A stretch of 64,000 nucleotides of DNA from Rhizodiscina lignyota (taxonomy: Eukaryota). The DNA lies in contig ML978121.1 of the NCBI GenBank assembly GCA_010015805.1, positions 186,001-250,000 of the forward strand. The letters are read 5' to 3'. Each line of letters starts with the position of its first letter. The first letter of the stretch is position 1. Shown here one piece after another: positions 1 through 11,274 of the stretch. The notes under the pieces are model-generated. The model made no database searches and was not told the DNA's origin. It worked only from the letters and a program-made list of their open reading frames with translations. The translations under genes were made by a program, and so were the position numbers.

Positions 1-1226
1 TCCGGCCCGCAGACATAGTATTGAGTCTTCGGGTTTCCGACATGCAGATCCTCCTTGCTGAGCTTATCCAGGTTCAGTCGTCCAGAATGGTGATAGTCAA
101 CGCCCTGCACCTCGCCATCCTTGAGATACTTGTTGAACAGCACAACCTTCAGGTTAGGATTTGCCTTTGCGAGATCTTGCATGTGCGCCTTGAACGCTCG
201 CAGATCAGAATGCCGCACACCGTGGATGTACGATATCGGCCTGTCCGACTTCTCGTCGATGAGCGAATTGAGGATGCTGGTGAGACACGTCAAGCCCACC
301 CCAGCGGAAAGCAGGACAACAGGCGCGTCCTTGTCAGCGCTCTTCGTGTCGAAGTAGAAGTCGCCATATGGATGTGAGACCTCGACGATGTCGCCCTCAT
401 TCCGTACGTCGTGCATCACGTTCGAGATGATGCCAGGATGTGTCGCGGCGCTTGGGTCATAGGGGTCGACCCCAGCCTCGCGCTTGACGCTCACGCGGTA
501 GGAGGAACCATTCGGCGCGTCAGATAGTGAGTACTGCCGCGGCTGGATGTGGCCTAGGGTTGGCACCAGCGTGCGGATGGAGATGTACTGGCCAGGGAGG
601 AAGTCTGGCAGCGGCTTGTTGCTTGCGTTCATGGGCTCGAGATAAAACGATGTGATCTCCTCGCTCTCCTTCACCTTGTGCGCGATCTTGAAGGGCGCCC
701 AGCCCTTCCATTCTCCGGCCTTGGCGTACAGCTCTGCCTCCTTCGCGATGCAGATGTCGGCGAGTTGCCAGTAGGCCGTCGCCCATGCTTCGGCGACGTC
801 GTCGGTCAACGCAGCGCCGAGGATCTCCTTCATCGCGGCTAGAAGGTACGTTCCCACGGTCTCGTACTGTTCGGGCCTGATGTACAACGAGGCGTGTCGC
901 TGGCAGATAAGCTCCACAGCGGGACCAAGGGCGCCGAGATTGTCGATGTTGGCGGCGTAGGCGTACAGGGCGCCGGCAAGAGCAGCGGGCTGTCTGCCAG
1001 TCTTCATGTTCGAAAGATTGAAGACGGTCTTGAGTTCCGGATGGGCGGCCAGCATGTTGCCGTAGAATCGAGTCGTTATCGTGGCGCCATGCTCTGCAAG
1101 AATCGGCACGGTGGATTTGATGATTGACACTTGCGCGGGAGTGAGAGAGACATTCTTTGGTCTGTAGGGTTCTAATGAGGCAGCGGGTTGAGGGGTATTG
1201 ATGGTCGCTGTATCGACTGTGGCCAT
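1..1226 (-). CDS. YHB1: Flavohemoglobin (nitric oxide dioxygenase); intronless here, 3' end outside the window
   Basis: Hand translation of the minus strand from ATG 1226 (context CCGCCAACCATGG) is open to base 1. Globin domain: SLTPAQVSIIKSTVPILAEHGATITTRFYGNML..HPELKTVFN..RQPAALAGALYAYAANIDNL..ICQRHASLYIRPEQYETVG. Then FAD-binding motifs PGQYIS, PRQYSLSD and VSVKRE, and NAD-binding SAGVGLT and YVCGP. The ORF track lacks it because the stop lies outside the window. Confidence 0.96.
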   Translation of the reverse strand, partial: MATVDTATINTPQPAASLEPYRPKNVSLTPAQVSIIKSTVPILAEHGATITTRFYGNMLAAHPELKTVFNLSNMKTGRQPAALAGALYAYAANIDNLGALGPAVELICQRHASLYIRPEQYETVGTYLLAAMKEILGAALTDDVAEAWATAYWQLADICIAKEAELYAKAGEWKGWAPFKIAHKVKESEEITSFYLEPMNASNKPLPDFLPGQYISIRTLVPTLGHIQPRQYSLSDAPNGSSYRVSVKREAGVDPYDPSAATHPGIISNVMHDVRNEGDIVEVSHPYGDFYFDTKSADKDAPVVLLSAGVGLTCLTSILNSLIDEKSDRPISYIHGVRHSDLRAFKAHMQDLAKANPNLKVVLFNKYLKDGEVQGVDYHHSGRLNLDKLSKEDLHVGNPKTQYYVCGP

Positions 1227-1359
1227 GGTTGGCGGAGATAAGATATGACTTGAGATTTGGTTGAGACGATGGGACATGTGCTATGAGACTAACTGTCGAT
1301 GTGGAAATGGAAGCGATTGTACAGCAAGGTAACGAGGAGATATATCATATCAAGAACAT

Positions 1360-1900
1360 TGTTATCCGCCGCGGACTTGTCTATGCCAAAGTGCTCTCTC
1401 ATGATACTCGCGACACTGCAGGAAGCGAATGAGGCGAGATTTGACGCGATGCACCAAGGATTGTCCACACTAAGGATTGCGATTCGCGATCTGAGCGGTC
1501 AAATTTCAATTGGAGCCTCGGAGCCTACCCGGCCGTTTTCGCAAGCACGAGGATGACCAAGCTCTCTATCATCATGGCTAGGATCGAGTTCGAAAGCACG
1601 ACTGAGACTGCATGCTCTTCCCGAGGCCCGGCGTCAGGGGCAATAACCATAGCGTAAGGGGTATCGTGCAGAAATCGCACCACCAAGACTTTTGCGGCTC
1701 GAAGGCGGAATTTCTCGTAAATACCGGAACATCTCGACTGCAAAGGTACGCGGAGAAGCATGAAAAGCCCACTCCGGCCGATATATGGAGGGAAAAATGT
1801 TAAAGTGGGCCAGAGGAGAGCGATGTTGCTACGGGTGGAGCGGTGGATCGGAGACGGCCAAGTGCATTTCTGAGTCAGTTCCCACATGGCATCTCCGCGG
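1360..1900. promoter_or_regulatory. Putative NirA/Nit4-type and GATA (AreA-type) sites upstream of flavohemoglobin
   Basis: CTCCGCGG at 1893-1900 matches the NirA consensus CTCCGHGG. A 7/8 match (GTCCGCGG, minus strand, 1369-1376) abuts GATAA (minus, 1362-1366). Confidence 0.45.
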
Positions 1901-2639
1901 GGAAATGGCGCCAACCTCTATCCAAATCCAGCGTGCAGAAACGTCCCCTTATGGCTGCTGTTCGTCGTTGCAGGCCATCTCAGCCCAGGTATTTGGAACC
2001 AAGCGAGAGATTGGACGCGTAGATAAGGCCATTATGCGGTTTGATTATGGATCTCCGGACGTCGTGTCGCGCACGGCTGGGGTATCGCACCTCAGATACT
2101 GATCGGAAGCAGAGGGCAATCCCGATCCAGCAAATCCCACTTCGAACCATCGAACTTGGCCGGTTCCCTCTTTACGAGCCTGGGTTCAGTTGGCAGCCGG
2201 TAGCACGATCTTCTTCTATTCTATCCGCAACGACTGATCACGTACTCGATGTTGTGGGGACCTTCCACAGCTCTCGCAATGGGGCGCAAGAGATGTTCGA
2301 ACATCGGCTTGTCATTTCTTGGTTGCTCCAGTACAGGTGCAAGAGAGCACGCCTCAAGATGCTTCATCGATCTCCATGGATTGCTCTGGAGCGAATTTGG
2401 GACATTGGCAGGTTGATTATATCTATTACTACGTATTGCATCTGGATTCGCAGCCGACCTGAAAATATACTTCGATACGTCCCTCGACCGGCGTATCTAT
2501 GCTGATGTCTTGGAGTTATGTCCAGCTGCGGAGTGGAACGTCCAAAGACGATTCTCCTTAATTTGCTATTGCTATTTTATGATCTTTAGGTGTCTTTTAG
2601 TTCCTAGTCAAATTTCTTTCTGTCCGTTATGTGTTCGTA

Positions 2640-3150
2640 GTGTCATTCGTAGGGTTCTTATTAGAATTTCTCTATTCGCGGAATTCACTCATCACGTTTG
2701 CACCGACTTAACGAAAATCCGTGTAGGAAGCATCACACATTGCAAACTCTCTTTCACATTAAGATTCTATTTGATTATTGATATGTCGTATACTCTATAA
2801 AGCGCCTTGCATGTCAAGCTTCTATTCGCTTATTCGCAGAATCTGCTCGATGCACTTGCGACGACTAGCAAATTTCATATATTTATTAGCCCTGTCTCCA
2901 ACAAGTTTCTCGAACTCGTAGGCGGAGATTTACATTCTGTTCGACTTCTACCGTATACACGTCAATGTCCCTTGCATGTTAGGGTTTTGTTTAATTATTT
3001 TCGTACTGTAAACAGCGGAAAGTACCTCATATGTCAAGCTTCTATCCCATTATTCACGGAGTCCACTCGACGTGCTTAAGCCGACTTAGCGAATTTCGTA
3101 TATGTACGGACGTAATTCTCCTATTTCCATCTGCGCTCTAAGATTTAAGT
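2640..3150. repeat. Degenerate ~55-bp-subunit tandem array (locus 1 of a dispersed family)
   Basis: Related subunit starts at 2761 (aagattcta), 2816 (aagcttcta), ~2870, ~2925, 2981, 3036 (aagcttcta) and 3091 (gaatttcgta). ccttgcatgt recurs at 2805 and 2970 (165 bp apart). 2812-2882 aligns with 3032-3105. Confidence 0.75.
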
Positions 3151-3514
3151 ATACATTGATACGATACTTTGGGGAAACTGCATTCGGTCACGTGAGCAGC
3201 GCATATCTACCTTTTTATTTACGCTGTAGCCATTTGATTACTTAAAAACGGTATCCTGTCAAAAGGTTACCTCGTGGATCTTTATTAACGTTATGGAAAT
3301 AATTACATCAACACCCCACTTTCCGCTTTTGCAGCTGTCGTACAGCGCGCTTAGTTGTGGCACAGCACTGAGCGTGCTTCGAGATTGCTACACCTCACTT
3401 CAGCAGTTAGGCAACCTTACTGTCGACATCGTCTAAGCCTCTGTTTTACCAACTCATAACAATTAACTCTTCACCTTTCAATCTAATACCCTCTAATCAT
3501 CAACTCAATCTAAA

Positions 3515-3829
3515 ATGGCGCACATCCTCACGTCTGTCAGTGGTTTCATCTGCAAACACCCTCGCGTCGCAGTTGGCGCGAGCTCCATGGCTCTCACGCC
3601 GATCTTGGTCTAGGTTGGATGGTTGCTCTCCCTCTTAAGGTCGTTGGCTTCGGATCTGGAGGAGTCGCTGCTGGTACGCTAATTTCATGTCGAGGATACA
3701 GATGGATTGCGAGCTAACAGAAGTTACCCAGGCTCCGTCGCGGCGTGGGCCCAGGGGACGTTCTACGGCGCTTACGTCCCGGCTGGCAGTGTGTTTGCTT
3801 TGGCTCAGTACCTTGGCGCAGTTCTTTAA
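3515..3829 (+). pseudogene. IFI6/IFI27 (ISG12)-like small Gly/Ala-rich membrane protein with a 1-nt frameshift near 3603
   Basis: ATG 3515 gives MAHILTSVSGFICKHPRVAVGASSMALTPI. After a frame change it reads LGLGWMVALPLKVVGFGSGGVAAG, then a canonical intron (3674-3731, GTACGC..CTAAC..CAG), then SVAAWAQGTFYGAYVPAGSVFALAQYLGAVL-TAA. GFGxxGVAAGSxAA...G.V.AGSVFA..Q.LGA is the ISG12 signature. Confidence 0.75.
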
Positions 3830-4095
3830 TCGAGTTGTGTAGAGGGCGGAAGGAAATCCGCTTGAAACTGGGCTGACATTTGATCGTCCGCTCCTCTACG
3901 AGGATACGAATCGATTCATGATACAAACGGCTCATCAGTGGCGGTGGAACTTTCGGCATCTGTTTGACACCGCGCAAAAGTGGCGTGTGTTGTGGAGCTT
4001 AAGGGTGGTGTGTGTTAGTTAGAACAATGCAATAACAGCTTTGGCAAAAATCCACCTTCGCTTACGCCGTCATATTTCACACCGTGACCCAGCGG

Positions 4096-4187
4096 CTTCT
4101 TCCCCTTCCCCTTCCCCTTCCCCTTCCCCTTCCCCTTCCCCTTCCCCTCCTCCTCCTTCTTTCCCTTCTCCTTCTCCTTCTCCTTCT
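4096..4187. repeat. Polypyrimidine microsatellite, (CCCCTT)7 followed by (CCTTCT)n
   Basis: About 90 nt of C/T only; seven perfect CCCCTT units start at 4102. Confidence 0.95.
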
Positions 4188-4642
4188 GTGACTGTTTAGA
4201 CTCCTCTTATTGAAGCTACTCTTGCTCTTCTTTAAATCACGATCTGACTTCTAACCCCTGCTATGATTCTTGACGACGTTGATGGCAATGAGACGGGGAT
4301 TACCACGGTGCAATGGAGAGCAGAATGCGGAATTGGAGAGTTGCAACGCAGACCGGAACACAGACTAGAGCTTTCACCAAGAGTAGACACATGTCTATAA
4401 GCTTGAAGGCAAGCTAGAACGGCAAGCAAGATATCCAAGAGGATTAAGGAGCTAGCAAATATTCAGTCTACGTAAAAGTTTCCAGCCTGGGTATCATTGA
4501 CCGCCCTTGATCCAAACTCCAGCATTCCACTGTGATCATTCGCGAAGCCCGTGATCCTCATAGCCGCTGAGTTCGGAACCATGGCTCATTCCTATCTCTC
4601 CACCAACTCTGTTACCACGCATTACGGCGTCGCGACGACGCG

Positions 4643-5008
4643 CTAGTTCAACTTCTTGTCTCCCACCTTCACCGTGTTGCCCTGGCGGCGTTGATATTGC
4701 AGGTACCCGAAGAAGGCGACAGCGATGACGGCCAGGACGAAGAAGTTGCCTAACAATAACGTCAGCGTTGAAACACTCTGCCGTCTGTATATAGTCTGCT
4801 ACCTACCGACAACGAACTTGCCCAAGCCTCCAGCAGCGTGGATCGTACCGCGCACAAAGTCGAGCAGAAACGTGATGATGCCCTGGGCGAAGTGGAAGAT
4901 GCCTTCAAAGGCGGTGCGGAAGACGTTGAAGATTGTCTGGATGATCGAGCCGAAGAGCTCGAAGACGGACGCGACGATGTCACTGAGAGATTGGACGATG
5001 GACGACAT
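4643..5008 (-). CDS. Small two-exon hypothetical membrane protein (~102 aa)
   Basis: Amphipathic helix MSSIVQSLSDIVASVFELFGSIIQTIF...GKFVVG; intron 4750-4806 (GTAGGT..CTGAC..TAG); then a TM helix and basic tail NFFVLAVIAVAFFGYLQYQRRQGNTVKVGDKKLN-TAG. Confidence 0.8.
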
Positions 5009-5854
5009 GGTGAATTTCGATGTGACTTGAAATGGGAACCAAGTAAGAAGGAAGATTGTGGGCAGTGGAATATCAAAGGAGCTCTGAGTGTGGGAGTCGA
5101 TGAGGTCAGTTGTCTGGAATGTAAAAAAGTGCCGAAGACGGACAACGACACAGTCGGCTAGGAGCCTTTCCTACTTATGGTCATGGGATCGTGTGACACC
5201 AAAATACCATGTTCTGTCGGCACGCAATCATGACGGCGATCGTGAAATGGCATGCAGGTTTGGCTTTTCCCATCTTGTAGCCAGCGAATCACTCGGAACG
5301 CGTCTGGGCTAGATCTGCGTTCAGGCTGACGCGCTCGCTATGACGTCACCGCGTCACGTCACGTGTTGGTGTGTGGAGTGGAGTGGAGGAGGCGCCGAGA
5401 CAAAATCAACACAGCAGAGGCCGAAGTTGCCCAACGCTAGCAGTTAGATTGCGGTGACTTCGACTTCCATTGGATGCGCAAATCCAGTACGGTTCAAGCT
5501 TCAGAAGATGCTCTTTGGACTTGTCGAAATTATGCGACGAAAGTCCTGCTTGCTAGCCCTAGACAAAGCGTATCCTCGGCACGCTTGGTGAAGGGCGAAT
5601 GACGTTCATCGCATCGCAGTGACTGCCGGTTTCTGAGGACAGACGGAAGAACCTTGATTGCATTTAGCGAGAAATTCGAAATGGATATCCAGAAACACCG
5701 CTCAATGCTCTTTCGCCGTCCATAAAGGACCAGGCCGCATGCAGGAAAAGAGGAACGAAGTCACAAGTCCAATGTGAAAGGCTTCATGCGTTGAAAGCCC
5801 ACCCAACAGGAAAAAGAAGATATCGACAACGAACGACAAGTAAGGAGTACTAAA

Positions 5855-8800
5855 TCATCGCTTAAACGCAGCCCTGACATCGCGCTCGCCCCAACCTAAG
5901 CTGCTCACTGATTCATCTCCTTCAAACACATCCCGCCTGGCTCTCTCCGCACGCTCTGCTATGTCAATGTATCGATCCTCGCATCTCTTGAGGACCTTGC
6001 TGATGAGATCACGGCAGAGACTTGGATCGTCACCTTCGCCAAAGTGCTTCTCCACACGCTTCCGCAGAGCATCAGCACCGCGCCGCATATCCTTCGGGTC
6101 ATGTGTGGTGAGAAGTTTGCGCAGCGTCGCCTTGGAATGCATGGAAGTACTGGCCGTGGTGGTTGTAGCAATCGACGGTGTAAGCGACAGCTGCGGCGTT
6201 GTGGTATCAAGGAAGTCCTGTGCACGCTATTAGCTAAGACTGTTGCAATGTATATAACCTGTGTCATCCGTCGACTTACCAGCAACTTGCCAAGCGGCCT
6301 CCTCACCACGCTATCAACATACATGCCCAAGTGTTCTTCCATTTCTTCCCTAGCCTTTCCTTTCCATTCAATCAGTACTGGATTGTTGTGCTCTTCCACT
6401 TCCTCGACGTAGTGGTTCATGTTCTCAATCATTGAAATATGGAAGTTCAGCGCCTCCTTGTCTTCGGGATCAGTCTGCGCAAGCGCACCCATGCCTTGTT
6501 GGCTCTGTAAGGCGAGGCCGGGACTTTCCTTCGCGATGGTTTTGAGGCTGTCAAACATCTGTTTGTTGATTTTGTTATATGCCTCGTCAACGATGTTCCT
6601 GGTGTCAGTCCGCTCGATTGCACCGCCAGAATTATTAGCATCAGATGCTGCCGCAAGCATGTTTTCGACTGCAGCAGAGAACGCGGGGAAGATACGCATG
6701 AAGTCGATGACGCCCTTGCGCTTCTTGATCTTGACCTTCGTCTCTTCGATCTTGCGAATCTGTTCATCCAGCACGCGATTGAATTGGATGGCGAGACCTG
6801 CGTGGACCTTTTGGAGAGTACGGAGGAGATACTCTTGGTTAGAATCTTCGAAACTGAGCATGCAGCGGTCAAGGGCCTGCATGATGCCGATGCCTTGCAG
6901 AGGATCTCCACTGCCCCAGACCGTAGTGGCCCACTGGACCATGTTATTTAGGTCTTGCGGCCAAAAACCCATTAGTTCCTCCATGATATCTTTGATCTTC
7001 TGCGCAATCGTGCGATCGGGCTCGACCGCTTTCCGCGCCATGAGATTCGTTCCTCGCCTTGCATCAGGTGGCGCAATCACGACAGCGTCGGGGAAGTCCA
7101 AGTTCTCTGTGCTGTTCGCATGGAAGAAGTCAACTATGAAGTTCTGCTCAGTGAAGACAAGCGGTGCCATTTCCTCCAATGCCCCGGCGAATGCCTCGAA
7201 GGGATAGAGTCGGCCAATCTGAGCCTTGTCGGCCTTATCGCCAGATGCATTGCGCAATGTCCTCGCGAGTGTCTGGCTTCGCTTGACAGTAAGTTTGCGA
7301 GCAGTTGTTCCAAGCCCTTCTGATTCTTTGTCTGCCGAGGTCCATAAGAGTTCCGACTCATCGCCTGAGGGTTTCCGTGTCATTCGCTTCCACGCGTCGA
7401 AGTTATTCTTGAACTCTTCCTGATAGACCGGCCTTACACGGAGCTGGTACATCCTGATCAAACTGTCCCAAGAGATCATATCGATCTCCTTTGTGAAGAG
7501 CATAAGCGGACTGTACTTCCACAGTGCACGCCTTGCAATGTCGTGCGCTGCGACGTCAAGCCCTGTGCTCCCGCTCCTGCGCTTGATTTCGTCCGTTGTG
7601 TCCATGAGGACGCGGGCAAAATCAAACTCCATGTATTGTTTCAGCCGATCAAGGAACATGGTGCTCTCAGAGATATAGTGTTGCCTCTTCTCCTGTAAGG
7701 CACGCATCTCTGATAGGTCGTCGCCGCCAAACCGAGATGTCTGTACGGGTCTGCTGCCGTTTGTCGACCGAATGTTTGGATCGATGGTGATCATGGCTTT
7801 GTATAACAGCATGAGAGCTGCCTCAATGGCTTCCAATCCCTCTTTCTGTCCAATCTGGCCATCTTTGAGCGCTGTAAGTTGCTGTGGAGCGATATCAACT
7901 GTTTGAATTAAGTTTTGCAACTCCGTCTGCAGCAACTTCTGATTTGCTGTCTGAACCTGAAGGCCTTGCGATTGCGCTTCGATGAACGCAATGTCTTCGT
8001 TAAGGCTCTGTGGCGAGGGTAAGCTGCATCCAAGAGATAGGTCAGGCAACCACCTACGCTTAATTCCACCCCATACAATGTCAGCAGTCCCTCTAGTTCC
8101 TCGCACTCTTGGATCGCTTTATCAAGAAGTTTCTCGACTTGCTCAACCCTCTCGTCCTGATGCTCCACGTTTCCCACACCTGTCCCAAGCCAGCTACCAG
8201 CCTCCACGCGCGCTAGCTCACGGCGCAAATCGGCTTCGATGAAGTCAAGCTTCTTACCCTGGAGCACGCTCCCCGTACCGCTGACGCCCCAACCCAAGTC
8301 CGACAGGATCGCGTCAAATTCCAATGCTCTTGTATCAATCAAACTCGACTCAATACCCAAACTGGATAGATACTTGGCCTGATATTGGGATCGTCTCCTC
8401 CTCTTTCTCGCCTCCTCTTTCTCCTCTAGCGTTCTTAGTGGAGGAGGCTCTGGGCTCGCTGATCTAGGCGCTGGTGGAGGTGGAATTACTGATTCTGGGC
8501 TCTTCTGGATCATAGGCGTTGGGGTTAATGGACTTGATACGGTGACGGATGGAAGATCTTCCGTAATGAGAGGCTGGACCGGTGTCGGTGCACCATCTCG
8601 CTCCTCTGCCATACTTTTAACCATGGATTCATCCGTTCCAGTTCGAGATAAAGGTGCTGGCTTTGGTGCCTGAAATACACCAGTGATACCATCTTGCTCG
8701 CCAGAGCCCTCTGCCTCCAACTTCTTCAGTCGGTCCAGTGCCCCACCAGCACGAGGTTTGAATGCCCCAGCAGATTTCGCGGCACTGGCTACTTTCTTCC

Positions 8801-10698
8801 ACTTGTTAGCAACCTCAACCGCCCCTCCCTTTCTCTTGAACATTGGTCCCAAGCCTGGTCGATACTCCTCCTCTGAAGCTGGAGATTGCACTGGTTCTGA
8901 CGATGAAGGTTCAGGTTCTTCAACCGGAGCAGGGTCCGGCACGGGTACGGGCACAGAGACTGGGGCAGGGGTTGGAGCAGGTTCTGGTTCACGTTCTTGT
9001 GGCGGTGGAGGAGGCGGGGTTGGCGTTGCAATCTTTAAAGGTGGCGGGGTGTGTATCTGCAGAGGAGCCGGAACCGGTACATCGCGATCATTAATAATCG
9101 GCGGCGTGGGAGAGGATACAAACCCTCCAGGCATTTTAGCCACGGCATCCAAACTGTCTTGGCTTGGTGGATTCCGTGTCTGAGCCAGATCTCTGTTATA
9201 TCTTGGGCTCGCCAAAGGCGCAGGAATAGCAGGGTCCCGAGGCCCGTCCTGCCCAATCATCGGAGGGCGACGTCTCTCTGGTGGTTTGGGCATGTCGCTT
9301 GGCATCATCTCTTCAGGCCTCGTGTCCTGGCTAGTCGACGGGCGTGCCCCTTGCGGGGAGCGATCTCTAGGACCTCCAACTGGACCGACACCGTTGGGTC
9401 CGTTGGGTCTGAACCGATCACCCGGTGCATTAGAAATCCCCAATCCATTGAATTTCCTAGAATCGATGTTCGCAGGAGCTTCCGGAGGTACTGGATACTT
9501 GGGTTGCCTTCGTGGCCCTCTTGAATCCATGCTTCTGGAAGAATCTGGGGATTCAGAACGCTGAATCATCATCTCAGATCGTGAAGACTGTGGTGTAAGG
9601 TTTCGCTGAGATGTCGCCACAGAAGACGTCCCTGTGCCACCGAGTGGTTGTGGTGGTCGCATGCCTTCTCGGCTGGGAGCTTGCCGGAGCAATTGTTCCT
9701 GCGATGGGCGGGGACGAAGTGGCCGTAGTGCATCCGGAGGTGGATACATGGCACCAGGAGGAGGCGTTCTGCCCTGTGCTGACGGTGAACGTTGTTGATT
9801 AGGCAGATGTTCCTGGCTACGAGTTGGTCGAGGGGGTTGCGGCGGCCGCTGGAAGCCTTGTGAAGATGGCGGAGGCGAAGCCATCCCGTTCAAGTTTGGA
9901 TTTGACATGTTTGCGGGTGGACTGAAAGGTGCCTGTCTTCCAGTATCCGGTGTTCTGCGTACAGGTGCCTGAGAGCCAGGGCCAAGGATCGCATCAAGTT
10001 CCCGAGAGCTGAATCCAAGCATTTCTGGCACCTTCCCTTGTGTGTACTTTCGGTAAATTTTGACCAAGCTTGCAATGAAGAAGTCCTTTTCTTTCGAGGT
10101 CCCCGCTGCCCAGAAGTATGGCTTCTGGATTGTGACCGTGAATCCAACATCGCCACCCCACTCTTTTCGCTGGTAGTCCTCATTGTTCTGCGGGACCAGG
10201 TGTGAGTACGACTCGATAGCGGTCAGATCCTCCAAATTCCACGATTTTCCAATGGAGAAGGTGCCATTTGGGTTCTCTCTGCCCTTGTGCATCCGAACTC
10301 GACCAGTGTTTCGTACTGCGACAACAATTATACGCTCTTTCTTGTTTGAAGGTGCCGAGTCTGGCGGTGGAGGCGTCTGTGGATATTGAGCGTCTTCGTG
10401 GATTCTGATATGGGTAATGTACGACTCGGCTACTAAAGCAGAAGAAAGTCAATAAATATCGAGGATAAGATATGTAGAGTCCCTTACATCCTCCTGAGGC
10501 ATCTTGCTTTGCAAAGCAGCTCTCAACTATCCTGCGCTTCTCATCTTCGAACTTCTCGGCGCGACTCAAGGGCACTCCCCCTCTGTTAGGCGGCGGTGAC
10601 ATTGCTGGAGAAGGTGCACCGGAGCCTCCGTTACTAAGGTTGGTAACAGAGCCATTGGGATGGCCTCGAGGCGGCAGAGGCCCCCTTCGCGGATCCAT
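5855..10698 (-). CDS. SEC3: Exocyst complex component Sec3
   Basis: N-terminal PH-like domain (FEDEKRRIVESCF..ESYITHIRIHED..GRVRMHKGRENPNGTFSIGKSW), long Pro-rich linker, coiled coil (LYGVELSSLNEDIAFIEAQSQGLQVQTANQKLL) and Sec3 C-terminal helical region (KIKKRKGVI, DPEDKEALNFHI). Introns ~10433-10487, 8008-8057 and 6218-6279. Confidence 0.95.
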
Positions 10699-11274
10699 TG
10701 CCTTCACGCGCGCCCCGCGCGCCCTCAAGAGACGATTCTATGTGGCTCTTGGTCTGATAGTCCGCTTCGATGGTCGTTGCAACATTACTGCCGCGAGTTT
10801 GTCGGAGAGACGGGCATGAAGGTCGAATACGCAAGCTTCTCGTCGGGGGCTGGCGGAGTTTACGGATGGTTCGCACAGGGCCTCCGAGTGATGGGAGACA
10901 CAAAGATGAAAGAAGAATATGGCCTTGAGCCGATCTCGAGGTTCAATGGTGAGGTAGACAGAGGCAAGGATGCGATGGGTGCTTTTGGCGTTGCAAACCT
11001 TAATCGTGTCGCTGTCTCTGCTGCCCATGGCCCATGCCTTTAGCCCATGCCCTGCTCTCACTGCGACAGGCCAGCACATTCACGTTGTTCCGCCCCGCTG
11101 CCGGCTCCGCTAAGCCTCTTTCAGCTAGTGCTGCTACCCCTGCCGAGGCGCCTTCCCTGCCAAAAATTTCCACACTTTGCAGCAAAGGCAGCGGTCAAAA
11201 ATACACTCGAGCTGCAACATCAACACTTCCTCCTGTAACATCGCCTCTCACACCAATTGCGCCCAGTCTCAGTC

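Noticed and set aside
2640..3150. CRISPR-like array
   Set aside because: Eukaryotic context, highly degenerate contiguous units without identical repeats plus unique spacers, and no cas genes.
11160..11170. AAAAATTT (RRPE-like) upstream of SRP40
   Set aside because: A single short low-complexity match; plausible but not distinguishable from chance.
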